Source of the DNA: the human T2T-CHM13v2.0 reference genome, Homo sapiens
Direction: 5' to 3' (one strand)
Length of the DNA: 64,000 nt
NCBI RefSeq assembly: GCF_009914755.1
Contig: NC_060945.1
The position numbers were made by a program, and so were the translations under genes. Below the pieces are notes generated by a model that searched no databases, had not been told where the DNA came from, and saw only the letters and a program-made list of their open reading frames with translations. Positions 15,401 to 30,300 of the stretch are shown here, piece by piece. Numbering within the stretch: position 1 is the stretch's first letter; each line of letters starts with the position of its first letter.

Positions 15401-18400
15401 TGGAATGTAATGTAATGGAATGGAATGGAAACAGTGCAAAGCAATGCTATCAAAGGGAATGGAATGCATTGGAATGGAATGGAATGGAATCACCCTGAGT
15501 AGAAAGGAATGGAATGGAATGGAATGGAACGGATGGAATGGAATGGAAACTAATGGAATGGAATGGAAACAACCCGAGTGGAATGGAATGCAATGGAATG
15601 GAATGGAATGGAATGGAATGGAATGGAATACAACAAAATGGAAACAACCTGAGTGGAATGGCATGGAATGGAAAGGACTTGAATATAATGGAATGGATCA
15701 GAATCAACCGGATTAGAAACTAATGGAATGGAATGGAATGGAATGGAATGGAATGGAATAGAATGGAATGGAATGGAATCTACAAAAGTGGAATGGAATG
15801 TAATGGAATTAAATGGAATGGAATAGAATGGAATGGAACGGAATGGAATGGAATGGAATGGAATGGAATGGAATGGAATGGAATGGAATCAACCCGAGTG
15901 GAATGGAATGGAAAGGAATGGAAGGGAATCAACACGAGTGGAATGGAATGGAAAGGAATGCAATGGAATGGAATGGAATGGAATGGAATGGAATGGAATG
16001 GAATGGAGTGGAATGGAATGGAATCTACCCAAGTGGAATGGAATGGAATGGAATTTAATGGAATGGAATGGAATAGAATGGTATGGAATCAACCCCAGTG
16101 GAATGGTAAAGAATGCAATGTAATGGAACGGAATGGAATGGAATAAAATGGAATGGAATGGAATGGAATGGAAACAACCCGAGTGCAATGGAATGGAATG
16201 GAATAACCGGAGAGGAATGGAATGGAATGAAGTGTAATGGAATGTAATAGAATGGAATGGAATGGAATGGAATGGAATGGAATGGAATGGAATGGAATAG
16301 AATGAAATGGAAAGGAATGGAATAGAAACAACCAGAGTGGAATGGAATGGAAAGGAATCCACCCTAGTGGAATGCAATGGAATGGAATGGAACGGAACAC
16401 AATGGAATGGAATGGAATTGTCCCGAGTGGAATGGAATGGTATGGAATGCAATAGAATGGAATGGAACAGAACGGAATGAAATGGAATGGAATAGATTGT
16501 ATGCGAGTGGAATTGAATGGAATGGAATGGATTGCAATGGAATGGAATGGATTGGAGTGGAATGGAATGGAATCAACACGAATGGAATGTAACGGAATGG
16601 AATGGAATGGAATGTAACGGAATGGAATGGAATGGAATGGAAAGGAACGGAATGGAATCAAACTTAGTGGAATGGAAGGGAATGGAATGGAATCCACCCG
16701 AGTGTAATGGAATGGAATGGAATGCAATGGAATTGAACGGAATATAATGGAATGGAATGCAATCATCCCGAGTGGAATGGAATGGTATATAATGCAATGG
16801 AATGAAATGGAACAGAACGGAATGGAATGGAAATAATAGATTGAATCCAAGTGGAATTGAATGGAATGGAATGGATTGGAAAGGAATGGAATGGATTGGA
16901 ATGGAAAGGAATGGATTCAACCCGAGTGGAATGTAATGGATTGGAATGGAGTGGAATGGAATGGAACGGAATGAACACGAATGTAATCGAACGGAATGGA
17001 ATGGAATGGTAAGCAATGAAATGGAAAGGAACGGAATAGAATCAAACCAAGTGGAAGGGAATGGAATGGAATGGAAGGAAATCAACACGAGTGGAATGGA
17101 ATGGAAAGGAATGCAATGGAATGGAATGGAATGGAATGGAATGGAATGGAATGGAATGGAATGGAATGGAATGGAATCTACCCGAGTGGAGTGGAATGCA
17201 ATGGAATGGAATGGAATGGAATCAACCCGAGTGGAATGGAATGGAAGAGAATGCAATAGAATGGAATGGAATGGAATGCAATGGAATGGAATGGAGTGGA
17301 ATTCAATGGAATCAAACCGAGTGGAATGGAATGGTATGGAATGCAATTAAATGGAGTGGAACAGAAGGGAATGGAATGGAATGGAATTGATTGAATCCGA
17401 GTGGAATTGAATGGAAGGGAATACATCGGAATGGAATGGAAAAGATTCAACCCGAGTGGAATGTAATGGAATGGATTGGAGTGGAATGGAGTGGAATCAC
17501 CACAAATGGAATGGAATGCAATGGAATAGAAGGGATTGGAATAGAATGGAATGGAATGGAACGGAATGGAATAGAATGGAATGTAATGGAATGGAGTAGA
17601 ATGGAATAAACACCAGTGGAATGAAATGGAATGGAATGGAATGGAATGGAATTGAATGGAATGAAATGAACCCCAGTAGAACACAACGGAATGGAATGGA
17701 ATGGAAAGGAATGGAATCAACTGGAATGGAATGAAATGGAATGGAATGGAGTGGAATGGAATGGAATGCAATGGAATCAACAAGAGTGAAATGCAATGGA
17801 ATGGAATGGAATGGAATGGAACGGAATGGAATCAACCAGAATGGAGTGAAATAAAATGGAAAGGAGTGGAATGGAATCAACCTGAGTGGAACGGAACGGA
17901 ATGGAATGGAATGCAATGGAATGGAATGGAATGGAATGGAATGGTATCAACCAGAGTGGAATGGAATGGAATGGAATGGAATGGAGCAGGAATGGAATGC
18001 AATGGAATCAACTGCAATGAAATGGAATGGAATGGAATTGATTGAATCCGAGTGGAAATAAAAGGAAGGGAGTGCATTGGAATGGAATGGAAAGGATTAA
18101 ACCCGAGTGGAATGTAATGGAATGGGGTGGAGTGGAATGGAATGGTATGGAATGGAATGGAATGGAATAGAATCAACACAAAGAGAAAGGAATGGAATGG
18201 AATGGAATAGAATGGAAAGGAACGGAATGCACTGGAATGGAATGGAATGGAATGAAATGGAATAAACCCGAATGGAATGGAATGGAATGGAATGGAATGG
18301 AATGGAATGGAATGCAATGGAATGGAATGGAATGGAATGGAATAATATGCAATCAACTTTGGTGGAATGGTATAGAATGGAATGCAATGGAATGGAATGG

Positions 18401-19180
18401 AATGGAATGGAATGGAATGGAATCAAACCGAGTGGAATGCAATGGAATGGAATAGAATGGAATGGAATGGAATGGAATCAACCCGAAGGAAATGGAATGG
18501 AATGGAAAGGAATGAATGCAATGGAATGGAATGGGATGGTATGGAATGCAATGGGATGGAATTGAATGGAATGGAACGGAATGGAACGGAATGGAATGGA
18601 CCTCAATGGAATGGAATGGAATGGAATGGATTGGAATGGGATGGAACGGAATTAACCCGAGTGGAATGGAATGGAATGGAATGGAACGGAATGGAATGGA
18701 ATGGAATGGACCCCAATGGAATGGAATGGAATGGAATGGAATGGAATGGAATGGAATCAACCCGAGTGGAATGTAATGGAATGGAATGCAATGAAATGGA
18801 ACGGTATGGAATCAACCCTAGTGGAATGGTGTGGAATGGAATGGAACGGAACGGAATGGAATGGAATGGAATCAACCTGAATGGAATGGAATGGAATGCA
18901 GTGGAAAGGTACGTAATGGAATGGATTGGAAAGGAATCAACTCGAAAGGTATGGAATGGAATGCAATGGAATGGAACGGAATGGAATGGAATCAACCTGA
19001 GTGGAATGCAATGGAATAAAATGGAATGGAATGGAACGGAACGGAACGGAATGGAACGGAATTGAAAGGAATGGAATCAATCCGAGTGGAAAGGAATGGA
19101 ATGGAATGGAATGGAATTTAGTGGAATGGAATGGAATGGAATAACATGCAATCAACTTTGGTGGAATAGTATGGAATGAA

Positions 19181-21330
19181 ATAACATGCAATCAACTTTG
19201 GTGGAATGGTATGGAATGGAATGGAAAGGAATGCAATGGAATGGAATAAAAGGGCATGGAATGGAACGGAATCAACCCGAATGGAATGGAACGGAATGGA
19301 GAGGAATGGTATGGAATGGAATGGAATGGAAAGAAATCAACCCAAAGGGTATGGAACGGAACGGAATAGAATGGAATGGAATCAACCCGAGTGGAAAGGA
19401 ATGGAAAGAAATGGAATGGAATGTAATGGAATGGAATAACATGCAATCAATTTTTGTGGAATGGTATGGAATGGAATGGAATGGAATGGAATGGAATGGA
19501 ATGGAAAGGAATGGAATAAAAGGGCATGGAATGGAACGGAATCAACCCGAATGGAATGGAGAGGAATGGAGTGGAATGGTATGGAATGGAATAGAATGGA
19601 AAGGAATCAACACGGAGGGTGTGGAATGGAATGGAATGGAATGGAAAAGAATGGAATCAACACGATTGCAATGCAATGGAATGAAATATAATGGAATGGA
19701 ATGGAACGGAACGGAACGGAATTGAAAGGAATGGAATCAACCCGAGTGGAATGCAATGCAATGGAATGGAATGGAATGGAATGGAATGGAATGGAATAAA
19801 AGGGCATGGAATTGAATGGAATCAACCTGAGAGGAATGGAATGGAATGGAATGGAATGGAATGGAATAGAATGGAATGGAATAAAAGGGCATGGGATGGA
19901 ACAGAATCAACCCGAATGGAATGGATCGGAATGGAGTGGAACGGTATTGAATGGAATCGAAAGGAAAGGAATCAATCTGAGGGGTATGTAATGGAAAGGA
20001 ATGGAATGGAATGGAATGGAATCAGCCCGACTGGACTGCAATGGAATGAAATGGAATGGAATGGAAAGGAATGGAACGGAACGGAACAGAACCGAACAGA
20101 ATTGAATGGAATGGAATCAACCCAAGTGGAAAGGAATGGAATGGAATGGAATGGAATGGAATGGAAAGGTATGGAATGGAATAGCATGCAATCAACTTTG
20201 GTGGAATGGTATGGAATAGAATGGAATGGAATGAAATAAAAGGGCATGGAATGGAACGGAATCAAACCGAATGGAATGGAACGGAATGGAGTGGAATGGT
20301 ATGGAATGGAATGGAATGGAAAGAAATCAACCCGAAGGGTATGGAATGGAATGGAATTGAAAGGAATGGAATGGAATGGAATCAACCCGAGAGGAATGCA
20401 ATGGAATGAAATGGAATGGAATGGAACGGAACGGAACGGAATAGAATGGAATGGAATCAACCCGAGTGGAAAGGAATGGAAAGAAATGGAATGGAGTGTA
20501 ATGGAATGCAATAACATGCAATCAACTTTGGTGGAATGGTATGGAATGGAATGGAATGGAATGGAATGGAATTGAATGGAATGGAATGGAATGGAAAGGA
20601 ATGGAATAAAAGGGCATGGAATGGAACGGAATCAACCCGAATGGAATGGAGCGGAATGGAGTGGAAAGGTATGGAATGGAATGGAATGGAAAGGAATCAA
20701 CCCGAAGGGTGTGGAATGGAATGGAATGGAATGGAAAAGAATGGAATCAGCACGATTGGAATACAATGGTATGAAATGTAATGGAATGGAACGGAACGGA
20801 ATAGAACGGAATTGAAAGGAATGGAATCAACCCGAGTGGAATGGAATGAAATGCAACGGAATGGAATGGAATGGAATGGAATGGAATGGAATGGAATAAC
20901 ATGAAATCAACTTTGGTGGAATGATTGGAATGGAATGGAATGGAATGGAATGGAATGGAATGGAATGGAATAAAAGGACATGGGATGGAAAAGAATCAAC
21001 CCAAAAGGAATGCATCGGAATGGAGTGGAATGGTATTGAATGGAATCGAATGGAAAGGAATCAACCTGAAGGGTATGGAATGGAAAGGAATGGAATGGAA
21101 TGGAATGGAATGGAATCAGCCCGACTGGAATGCAATGGAATGAAATGGAATGGAATGGAAAGGAATGGAAAGGAACGGAACAGAACGGAACAGAATTGAA
21201 TGGAATGGAATCAACCCAAGTGGAAAGGAATGGAATGGAATGGAATGGAATGGAATGGAATGGAATGGAATGGAATGGAATGGAAAGGTATGGAATGGAA
21301 TAGCATGCAATCAACTTTGGTGGAATGGTA
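19181..21330 (+). repeat. Local tandem duplication (~1.0-1.1 kb unit) within HSat3
   Basis: 19181-20180 resembles 20181-21299. Shared rare motifs: GGAAAGAAATGG, GAGGGTGTGG/GAAGGGTGTGG, CACGATTG, ATCGGAATGGAGTGG..GGTATTGAATGGAATCGA, ATCAGCCCGACTGG, GGAAAGGTATGGAATGGAATAGCATGC. ORF pair 19461/20536 gives offset 1075. Confidence 0.8.
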
Positions 21331-24300
21331 TGGAATGGAATGGAATGGAATAGAATGGAAACTACTGGAATGGAATGGAAATAAACCGAGTGGAATGGAA
21401 TGCAATGGAATGGAATGGAATGGAATGGAATACAACAAAATGGAAACAACCCGAGTGGAATGGCATGGAATGGAAAGGACTTAAATATAATGGAATGGAT
21501 TGGAATAAACCCAATTAGAAACTAATGGAATGGAATGGAATGGAATGGAATGGAATCTACCCGAGTGGAATGGAATGGAATGGAATTTAATGGAATGGAA
21601 TGGAATGGAATGGAATGGAACGGAATGGAATGGAATGGAATGTACCCGAGTGGAATGGAATGGAATGGAATTTAATGGAATGGAATGGAATAGAATGGTA
21701 TGGAATCAACCCGAGTGGAATGGTATAGTATGGAATGTAATGGAACGGAATGCAATGCAATAAAATGGAATGCAATGGAATGGACACAACCCAAGTGGAA
21801 TGGAATGGAATAACCGGAGAGGAATGGAATGGAATGGAGTGGAATGGAATGGAATAGAATGGATTGGAATGGAATGGAATAGAAAGAAATGGAAAGGAAT
21901 GGAATGGAAACAACCCGAGTGGAATGGAATGGAATGGAATGGAATCAACACGAGTGGAATGGAATGGAATGGAATGGAATGGAATGGAATGGAATGGAAC
22001 GGAATATAATGGACTGGAATGGAGTCATCCCGAGTGGAATGGAATGGTATGGAATGCAATGGAATGGAATGGAACAGAACGAAATGAAATGCAATGGAAT
22101 AGATTGAATGCGAGTGGAATTGAATGGAATGGAATGGATTGGAATGGAAAGGTATGGATTGGAGAGGAATTGAATGGAATCAACACGAATGGAAAGGAAG
22201 GCAATGGAATGGAATGCAAAGGAACGGAATGGAATCATCCAGAATGGAATGGAATGGAATGGAATGAAATTGAATGGAATGGAATGGAATGGTATAGAAT
22301 GACCCGAGTGTAATGGTATAGAATGCAATGGAATGGAACGGAATGGAATGGAATAAAATGGAAAGGAATGGAATGGAATCGACCCGAGTGAAATGGAATG
22401 GAATGGAATGGAAAGGAAGTGAATCAACCTGAGTGGAATGGAATGGAATGGAATGGAATGGAATGGAATGGAATGGAATGGAATCAACCAGAATGGAGTG
22501 GAACAAAATGGAATGGAATGGAATGGAATGCAATGGAATCAATTGGAATGGAATGGAATGGATTGGAATGGAACAGAATCAACACGAATCAAATGGAATG
22601 GAATGGAATGGAATGCAATGGAATGGAATGGAATGGAAACTACTGGAATGGAATAGAATCAACCTGACTGGAATGGAATGCAATGGAATGGAATGGAATG
22701 AAATGGAATGGAAAGGAATAGAATGAAATCAACACTAGTGGAATGAATGGAATGGAATGGAAAGGAATGGAATGGAATGGAATGGAATCAACACGAATGG
22801 AATGGAACGGAATGGAATGGAATGGAATGGAATGGAATGGAATGTAACGGAATGGAATGCAATGGAATCAACTGGAATGGAATGGAATGGATTGGAATGG
22901 AACGGAATCAACATGAATCAAATGGAATGGAATGGAATGGAATGCAATGGAATGGAATGGAATGGAATGGAAACTACTGGAATGGAATAGAATCAACCCG
23001 ACTGGAATGGAATGCATTGGAATGGAATGGAATGAAATGGAATGGAAAGGAATGGAATGGAATCAACACTAGTGGAATGAATGGAATGCAATGGAAAGGA
23101 TTGGAATGGAATGGAACAGAATGGAATGGTATGGAATCAATCCGAGAGGAATAGTATGGAATGGAATGGAAAGGAACGAAATGGAATGGAATAAAATGTA
23201 ATTGAATGCAATGGAATCAACCCGAGTGAAATGGAATGGAATGGAATGGAATGGAATGGAATGCAATCAATCCGACTGGAATGCAATGGAATGGAATGGA
23301 AGGGAATGGAATGTAATGGAATCAACAAGAGTGGAATGGAATGGAATGGAATGGAATGGAATGGAATGGAATGGAATGGAATGGAATGGAAAAGAATCTA
23401 CCTATGTCAAATGGAATGGAATCGAATGGAATGGAAATTACTGGAATGGAATGGAAACAAACCGAGTGTAATGGAATGCATTGGAATGTAATGGAATGGA
23501 ATGGAATGGAATCAACACTAGTGGAATGAATGGAATGGAATGGAGAGGAATGGAATGCAATGGAGCGGAAAGGAATGGTATGGAATCATCCTGAGAGGAA
23601 TAGTATGGAATGGAATGGAATGGAACGGAATGGAATGGAATAAAATGTAATTGAATGCAATGGAATCAACCCGAGTGAAATAGAATGGAATGGAATGGAA
23701 TGGAATGCAATCAATCCGACTGGAATGCAATGGAATGGAATGGAAGGGAATGGAATGTAATGGAATCAACAAGAGTGGAATAAAATGGAATGCAACGGAA
23801 TCACCCCGAGTGGAATGAAATGGAATATAATGCAATGAAATGGAATGGAATCAACACTAGTGGAATGGAATAGAATGGAATGGAATGGAATGGAACGGAA
23901 TGCAAGGCAATGTAATCAACTGGAATGGAATGGAATGGAATGGAATGGATTGGAATGGAATGGAATGGAGTGGAATGGAGTGGAATGGAATAACATGCAA
24001 CCAACTTTGGTGGAATGGTATGGAATGGAATGGAAAGGAATGCAACGGAGTGGAATAAAAAAGGCATGGAATGGAACTGATTCAACCCGAATGGAATGGA
24101 ACGGAATGGAATGCAATGGAATCAACTGGAATGGAGTGGAATGGATTGGAATGGAACGGAATCAACCTGAGCGAAATAGAATGGAATGGAATAGATTGGA
24201 AACTACTGGAAGGGAATGGAAACAACCTGACTGGAATGGAATGCAATGGAATGGAATGGAATGGAATGGAATGGAATGGAATGGAATGGAATGGAATGGA

Positions 24301-27300
24301 AACAACCCGAATGAAATGGAATGGAATGGAAAGGAATGAATGCAATGGAATGGAATGGGATGGTATGGAATGCAATGGGATGGAATTGAATGGAATGGAA
24401 CGGAATGGAACGGAATGGAATGGACCTCAATGGAATGGAATGGAATGGAATGGATTGGAATGGGATGGAACGGAATTAACCCGAGTGGAATGGAATGGAA
24501 TGGAATGGAACGGAATGGAATGGAATGGAATGGACCCCAATGGAATGGAATGGAATGGAATGGAATGGAATGGAATCAACCCGAGTGGAATGTAATGGAA
24601 TGGAATGCAATGAAATGGAACGGTATGGAATCAACACTAGTGGAATGGTGTGGAATGGAATGGAACGGAACGGAATGGAATGGAATGGAATCAACGTGAA
24701 TGGAATGGAATGGAATGGAATGGAATGGAATGGAATGGAATCAACCAGAGTGGAATGGAATGGAATGGAATGTAACGGAAGGGAATGTAATGGAATCAAA
24801 TGGAATGGAATGGAATGGAATCAACCTGAGTCAAATGGAATGGAATGGAATGGAATGGAATGGACTGGAAACTACTGGAATGGAATGGAAACAACCCGAG
24901 TGGCATGGAATGCAATGGAATGGAATGGAATGGAACGGAATGGAATGGAATGGAATGGACTGGAAACTACTGGAATGGAATGGAAACAACCCGAGTGGCA
25001 TGGAATGCAATGGAATGGAATGGAATGGAATGGAATGGAATGGAATGGAAGGTAAAGGAATGGAATGGAATCAACCAGCCTGGAATGAAATGGAATGGAA
25101 AGGAATGAATGGAATGGAATGGAATGGAATGGAATGGAGTAAACCCGAGTGGAATGGAATGGAATGCAATGGAATGGAATGGAATGCAGTGGAATGGAAT
25201 GGAATGAAATGGAATGGAATGGATTGGAATGGAATTGAATGGAATCAACCGTAGTGGCATGGAATGTAATGGAATGGAGTGGAATGCAATGGAATGGAAT
25301 GGAATGGAATGGAATTGAAGGGAATTGACCCGAATGGAACGGATTGGAATGGAATGGAATGGAATGGAATCAAATGGAATGGAATGGAATGGTATGGGAT
25401 GAACCCGAGTGGAATGGTATGGAATGGAATGGAATGGAACGGAATCGAATGGAATAAAATGGAAAGGAATGGAATGGAATCAACCAGACTGAAATGCAAT
25501 GGAATGGAATGGAAAGGAATCAAGCGGAGTGGAATAGAATGGAATGGAGTGGAATTGAATGGAATGGAATGGAATGGAATGAAATGGAAAGGAACGGAAT
25601 GGAATCACCCCGAGTGGAATGGAACAGAATGGAATGGAATGGAATCAACCTGCGTGGAATGGAATGGAACGGAATGGAATGCGATGGAATGGAACGGAAT
25701 GGAATGGAATGGAACGGAATCATCCTGAGTGGAATGGAATGGTATGGACAGCAATGGAATGCAATGGAACAGAATGGAATGGAATGGAATGGAATAAACT
25801 GAATCCGAGTGAAATTGAATGGAATGGATTGGATTGGAATGGAATGGAAGGGATTGGAATGCAATGGAATGGATTCACCCAAGTGGAATGTAACAGTTAG
25901 GAATGGAGTGGAATGGAATGGATTGGAATGGAACCAACACGAATGGAATGGAACGCAATGGAAACGAATGGTATGGAATGGAATTGAATGGAAAGGAATC
26001 AACCCGAATGGAATGGAATGGAATGGAATGGAATGGAATGGAATGGAATGGAATGGAATCAACCAGAGAGCAATGCAATGGAATGGATTGCAACGGAATG
26101 GAATGGAATGTAACGGAACGGAACAAATGGAATGAACCCTAATGGAATGGAATGGAATGGAATGGATTGGAATGGAATGGAATGGAATCAACCAGAGTGG
26201 AATGGAATGGAATGGAATGGAGTGGAATGGAATGGAATTGAATGGAATGGAATAGAATGGAATCAACCCGAATGGAATGGAATGGAATGGAATGGAATGG
26301 AATGGAATGGAATGGAAAGGAATGGAATGCATTTGACTGGAATGGAATACAATGGAATCAAGTGGAATGGAATGCAATGGAATGGAATGGAAAGGAACTG
26401 CATCAACCTGAGTGGAATGGAATGGAATGGAAAGGAATGGATTGGAATGGAATGGAATGGAATCAACCCGAGTGGAGTTGAATAAAATGGAATGGAATGG
26501 AATGGAATGGAATGGAATGGAATGGAATCAACTGGAATGGAATAGAATCAACCCGAGTGGAGTGGAATAAATGGAGTGGAATGGAATGGAATCAAGCCGA
26601 GTGGAACGGAATGGAATAGAATGGAATGGAATGGAATGGAATGGAATCAACCTGAGTGGAGTGGAATAAAATGGAATGGAATGGAATGGAATCAAGCCGA
26701 GTGGAATGGAATGGAATGGAATGGAGTGGAATGGAATGGAATCAACCCGAGTGGAATGGAATGGAATGGAATGGAATGGAATGGAATGGAATGGAATGGA
26801 ATGCAATAGAATCAACTGGAATGGAATGGAATGGAATGGAATGGAATGGAATGGAATGGAAAGAATCAACCTGAGTCAAATGGAATGGAATGGAATGGAA
26901 TGGAATGGAATGGAATGGAATGGAATGGAAACTACTGGAATGGAATGGAAACAAACCGAATGGAATGGAATGCATTGGAATGTAATGGAAAGGAATGGAA
27001 TGGAATCAACCCTAGAGGAATGAATGGAATGAAATGGAAAGGAATGGAATGGAATGGAGCAGAATTGAATGGTATGGATTCAACCGGAGAGGAATAGTAT
27101 GGAATGGAATGGAATGGAACGGAATGGAATGGAATAAAATGTAATTGAATGGAATAGAATCAACCCACAGGAAATGTAATATAATGGAATGGAATGGAAT
27201 GGAATGAACCCGAGTGGAATGCAATGGAATGGAATGGAATGGAATGGAATGGAATGGAATAAACCATAGTGGAAAGAAATGGAATATAATGCAATAGAAT

Positions 27301-30300
27301 TGAATGGAATCAACCCCAGTGGAGTGGAACAGAATGGAATGAAAAGTAACAGAATGGAAGGCAATGCAATGAACTGGAATGGAATGGAAAGCAATGGAAT
27401 GGAATGGAATGGAATGGAGTCAATCCGGGTGGAATGGAATGGAATGGAATGGAATGGAATGGAATGGAAAGGAATGCATTGGAATGGAATTGAATGGAGT
27501 GGAATGGAATGGAATGGAATGGAATGGAAAGGAATGCATTGGAATGGAATTGAATGGAGTGGAATGGAATGGTATGGCATGGAATGGAATATACCCGAAT
27601 GGAATGGAACAGAATGGAATGGAAAGGAATGGAAAGGAATGGAATGGAATGGAGTGGAATGGAATGGAACGCTACGGAGTCAAACCGGGTCTAATGGAAA
27701 TAAATGGAATGGAATGGAATGGAATCAACCCGAATGGAATGGAATGGAATGGAATGGAAAGGAAAGAATGGAATGGAAGGTCATGGAATCAACCCGAGTG
27801 GAATGGAATGGAATGGAATGGAATGGAATGGAATGGAATGGAATGGAATGGAATGCAAAGGAATGGAATGGAATGGAATGGAATGCAAAGGAATGGAATG
27901 GAATGGAACGGAAAGAAACGGAATGGAATGTCACGGAATGGAATGAACCCGAATGGAATGGAATGGAATGGATTGGAATGGAATGGAATGGAATCAACTC
28001 GAGTGGAATGGAATATAATGGAATGAGTGGAATGGAATGGAATGGAATGGAATGGAGTGGAATGGAATGTAATGGAATGGAATGGAATGGAATCATCACG
28101 AATGGAATGGAATGGAATGGAATGGAATGGAACGGAACGAAACGGAATGGAATGGAATGGAATGGAATGAACCCGAATGGAATGGAATGGAATGGATTGG
28201 AAAGGAATGGAATGGAATCAACTCGAGTGGAATGGAATGTAATGGAATGGAGTGGAATGGAATGTAATGGAATGTAATGTAATGGAATGGAATGGAATGG
28301 AATGGAAGGGAATCATCCCGAATGGAATGGAATGGAATGGAATGGAATAGAATGGAATGGAATCAACGCGAATGGAATGTAATGGAATGGAATGGAATGG
28401 AATGGAATTGTACGGAATGACCTGAGCGGAATGATATAGAATGCAATGGAATGGAACGGAATGGAATGGAATAAAATGGAAAGGAATGGAATGGAATCAA
28501 CCCGAGTGAAATGGAATGGAATGGAATGGAAAGGAACTGAATCAACCTGAGGGGAATGGAATGGAATGGAATGGAATGGAATGGAATGGAATGGAATCAA
28601 CTAGAATGGAGTGGAATAAAATGGAATGGAATGGAATGGAATCAACCCGATTAGAACGGAATGGAATGGAATGGAATGGAATGGAATGGAATGGAATGGA
28701 ATCAACCCGAGTGGAATGGAATGGAAAGGAATGGAACTGAACTGAATGGAATGCAATGGAATCAAATGGAATGGAATGGAATGGAATGGAAAGGCATCAA
28801 CCCGAGTGGAGTGTAATAAAATGGAATGGAATAGAATGGAATGGAATCAAGCCGAGTGGAATGGAATGGAATGGAATGGAATGGAATGGAATCAACCCGA
28901 GTTGAATGGAATGGAATGCAATGGAATCAACTGGAATGGAATGGCATGGATTGGAATGGAACGGAATCAACATGAATCAAATGGAATGGAATGGAATGGA
29001 ATACAATGGAATGGAATGGAATGGAATGGAACGGACGGAATGGAATGGAATGGAATGGAATGGAATGAAGCCGAATGGAATGGAACAGAATAGATTGGAA
29101 TGGAATGGAATAGAATCAACCGGAGTGGAATGGAATGTTATAAAACCGAATGGAATGGAATGGAATTGAATGGAATGTAACGGAATGGAATGGAATGGAA
29201 ACGAATCAACCCGAGTGGAATGGAATGCAATGGAATTTAATGGCATGGAATGGAATGGAATGGTATGGAATAAACCCGAGTGGAATGGTGTGGAATGGAA
29301 TGGAATGGAACGGAATGGAATGGAATAAAATGGAATGGAATGGAATGGAATCAACCCGAGTGAAATGGAAAGGAATGGAATGGAATGGAATGGAATGGAA
29401 TGGAATGGAATGGAATGGAATCTACCGGAGTGGAGTGGAATGGAATGGATTTCAATGGAATGGAATTTAATGGAATGGAATGGAATGGAAAGGAACGGAA
29501 TGGAAAGGAACGGAATGGAATCAACCCGAGTGGAATGGAGTGAAATGGAATGGAATGGAATGGAATGGAATGGAATGCAAAGGAATGGAATGGAATGGAA
29601 TGGAACGAAATGGAATGGAATGGAATGGAATGGAATGAACCCGAATGGAATGGAATGGAATGGAATGGATTGGAATGTAATGGAATGGAATCAACTCGAG
29701 TGGAATGGAATGGAATGGAATGGAGTGGAATGGAATGGAATGGAATGGAGTGGAATGGAATGGAATGGAATGGAACGGAACGGAATGGAATGGAATGGAA
29801 TGGAATCAACCCGAGTGGAATGGAATGGAATGGAATGGAATGGAATGGAATGGAATGGAATCAACCCGAATGGAATGGAATGGAATGGAATGGAATGGAA
29901 TGGAATGGTATGGAATGACCCCAGTGGAATTGTATAGAAAGGAATGGAATGGAACAGAATGGAATGGAATAAAATGGAAAGGATTGGAATGGAACTGACC
30001 CGAGTGAAATGGAATGGAATGGAATGGAATGGAAAGGAAGTGCATCAACCTGCGTGGAATGGAATGGAATGGAATGGAATGGAATGGAATCAACTAGAAT
30101 GGAGTGGATTAAAATGGAATGGAATGGAATGGAACCAACCCGATTAGAAGGGAATGGAATGGAATGGAATGGAATGGAATCAACCCGAGTGAAATGGAAT
30201 GGAATGGAATGGAACTGAACGGAATGGAATGCAATGGAATCAACTGGAATGGAATGGAAAGGAATCAACCAGAGTGGAGTGTAATCAAATGGAATGGAAT

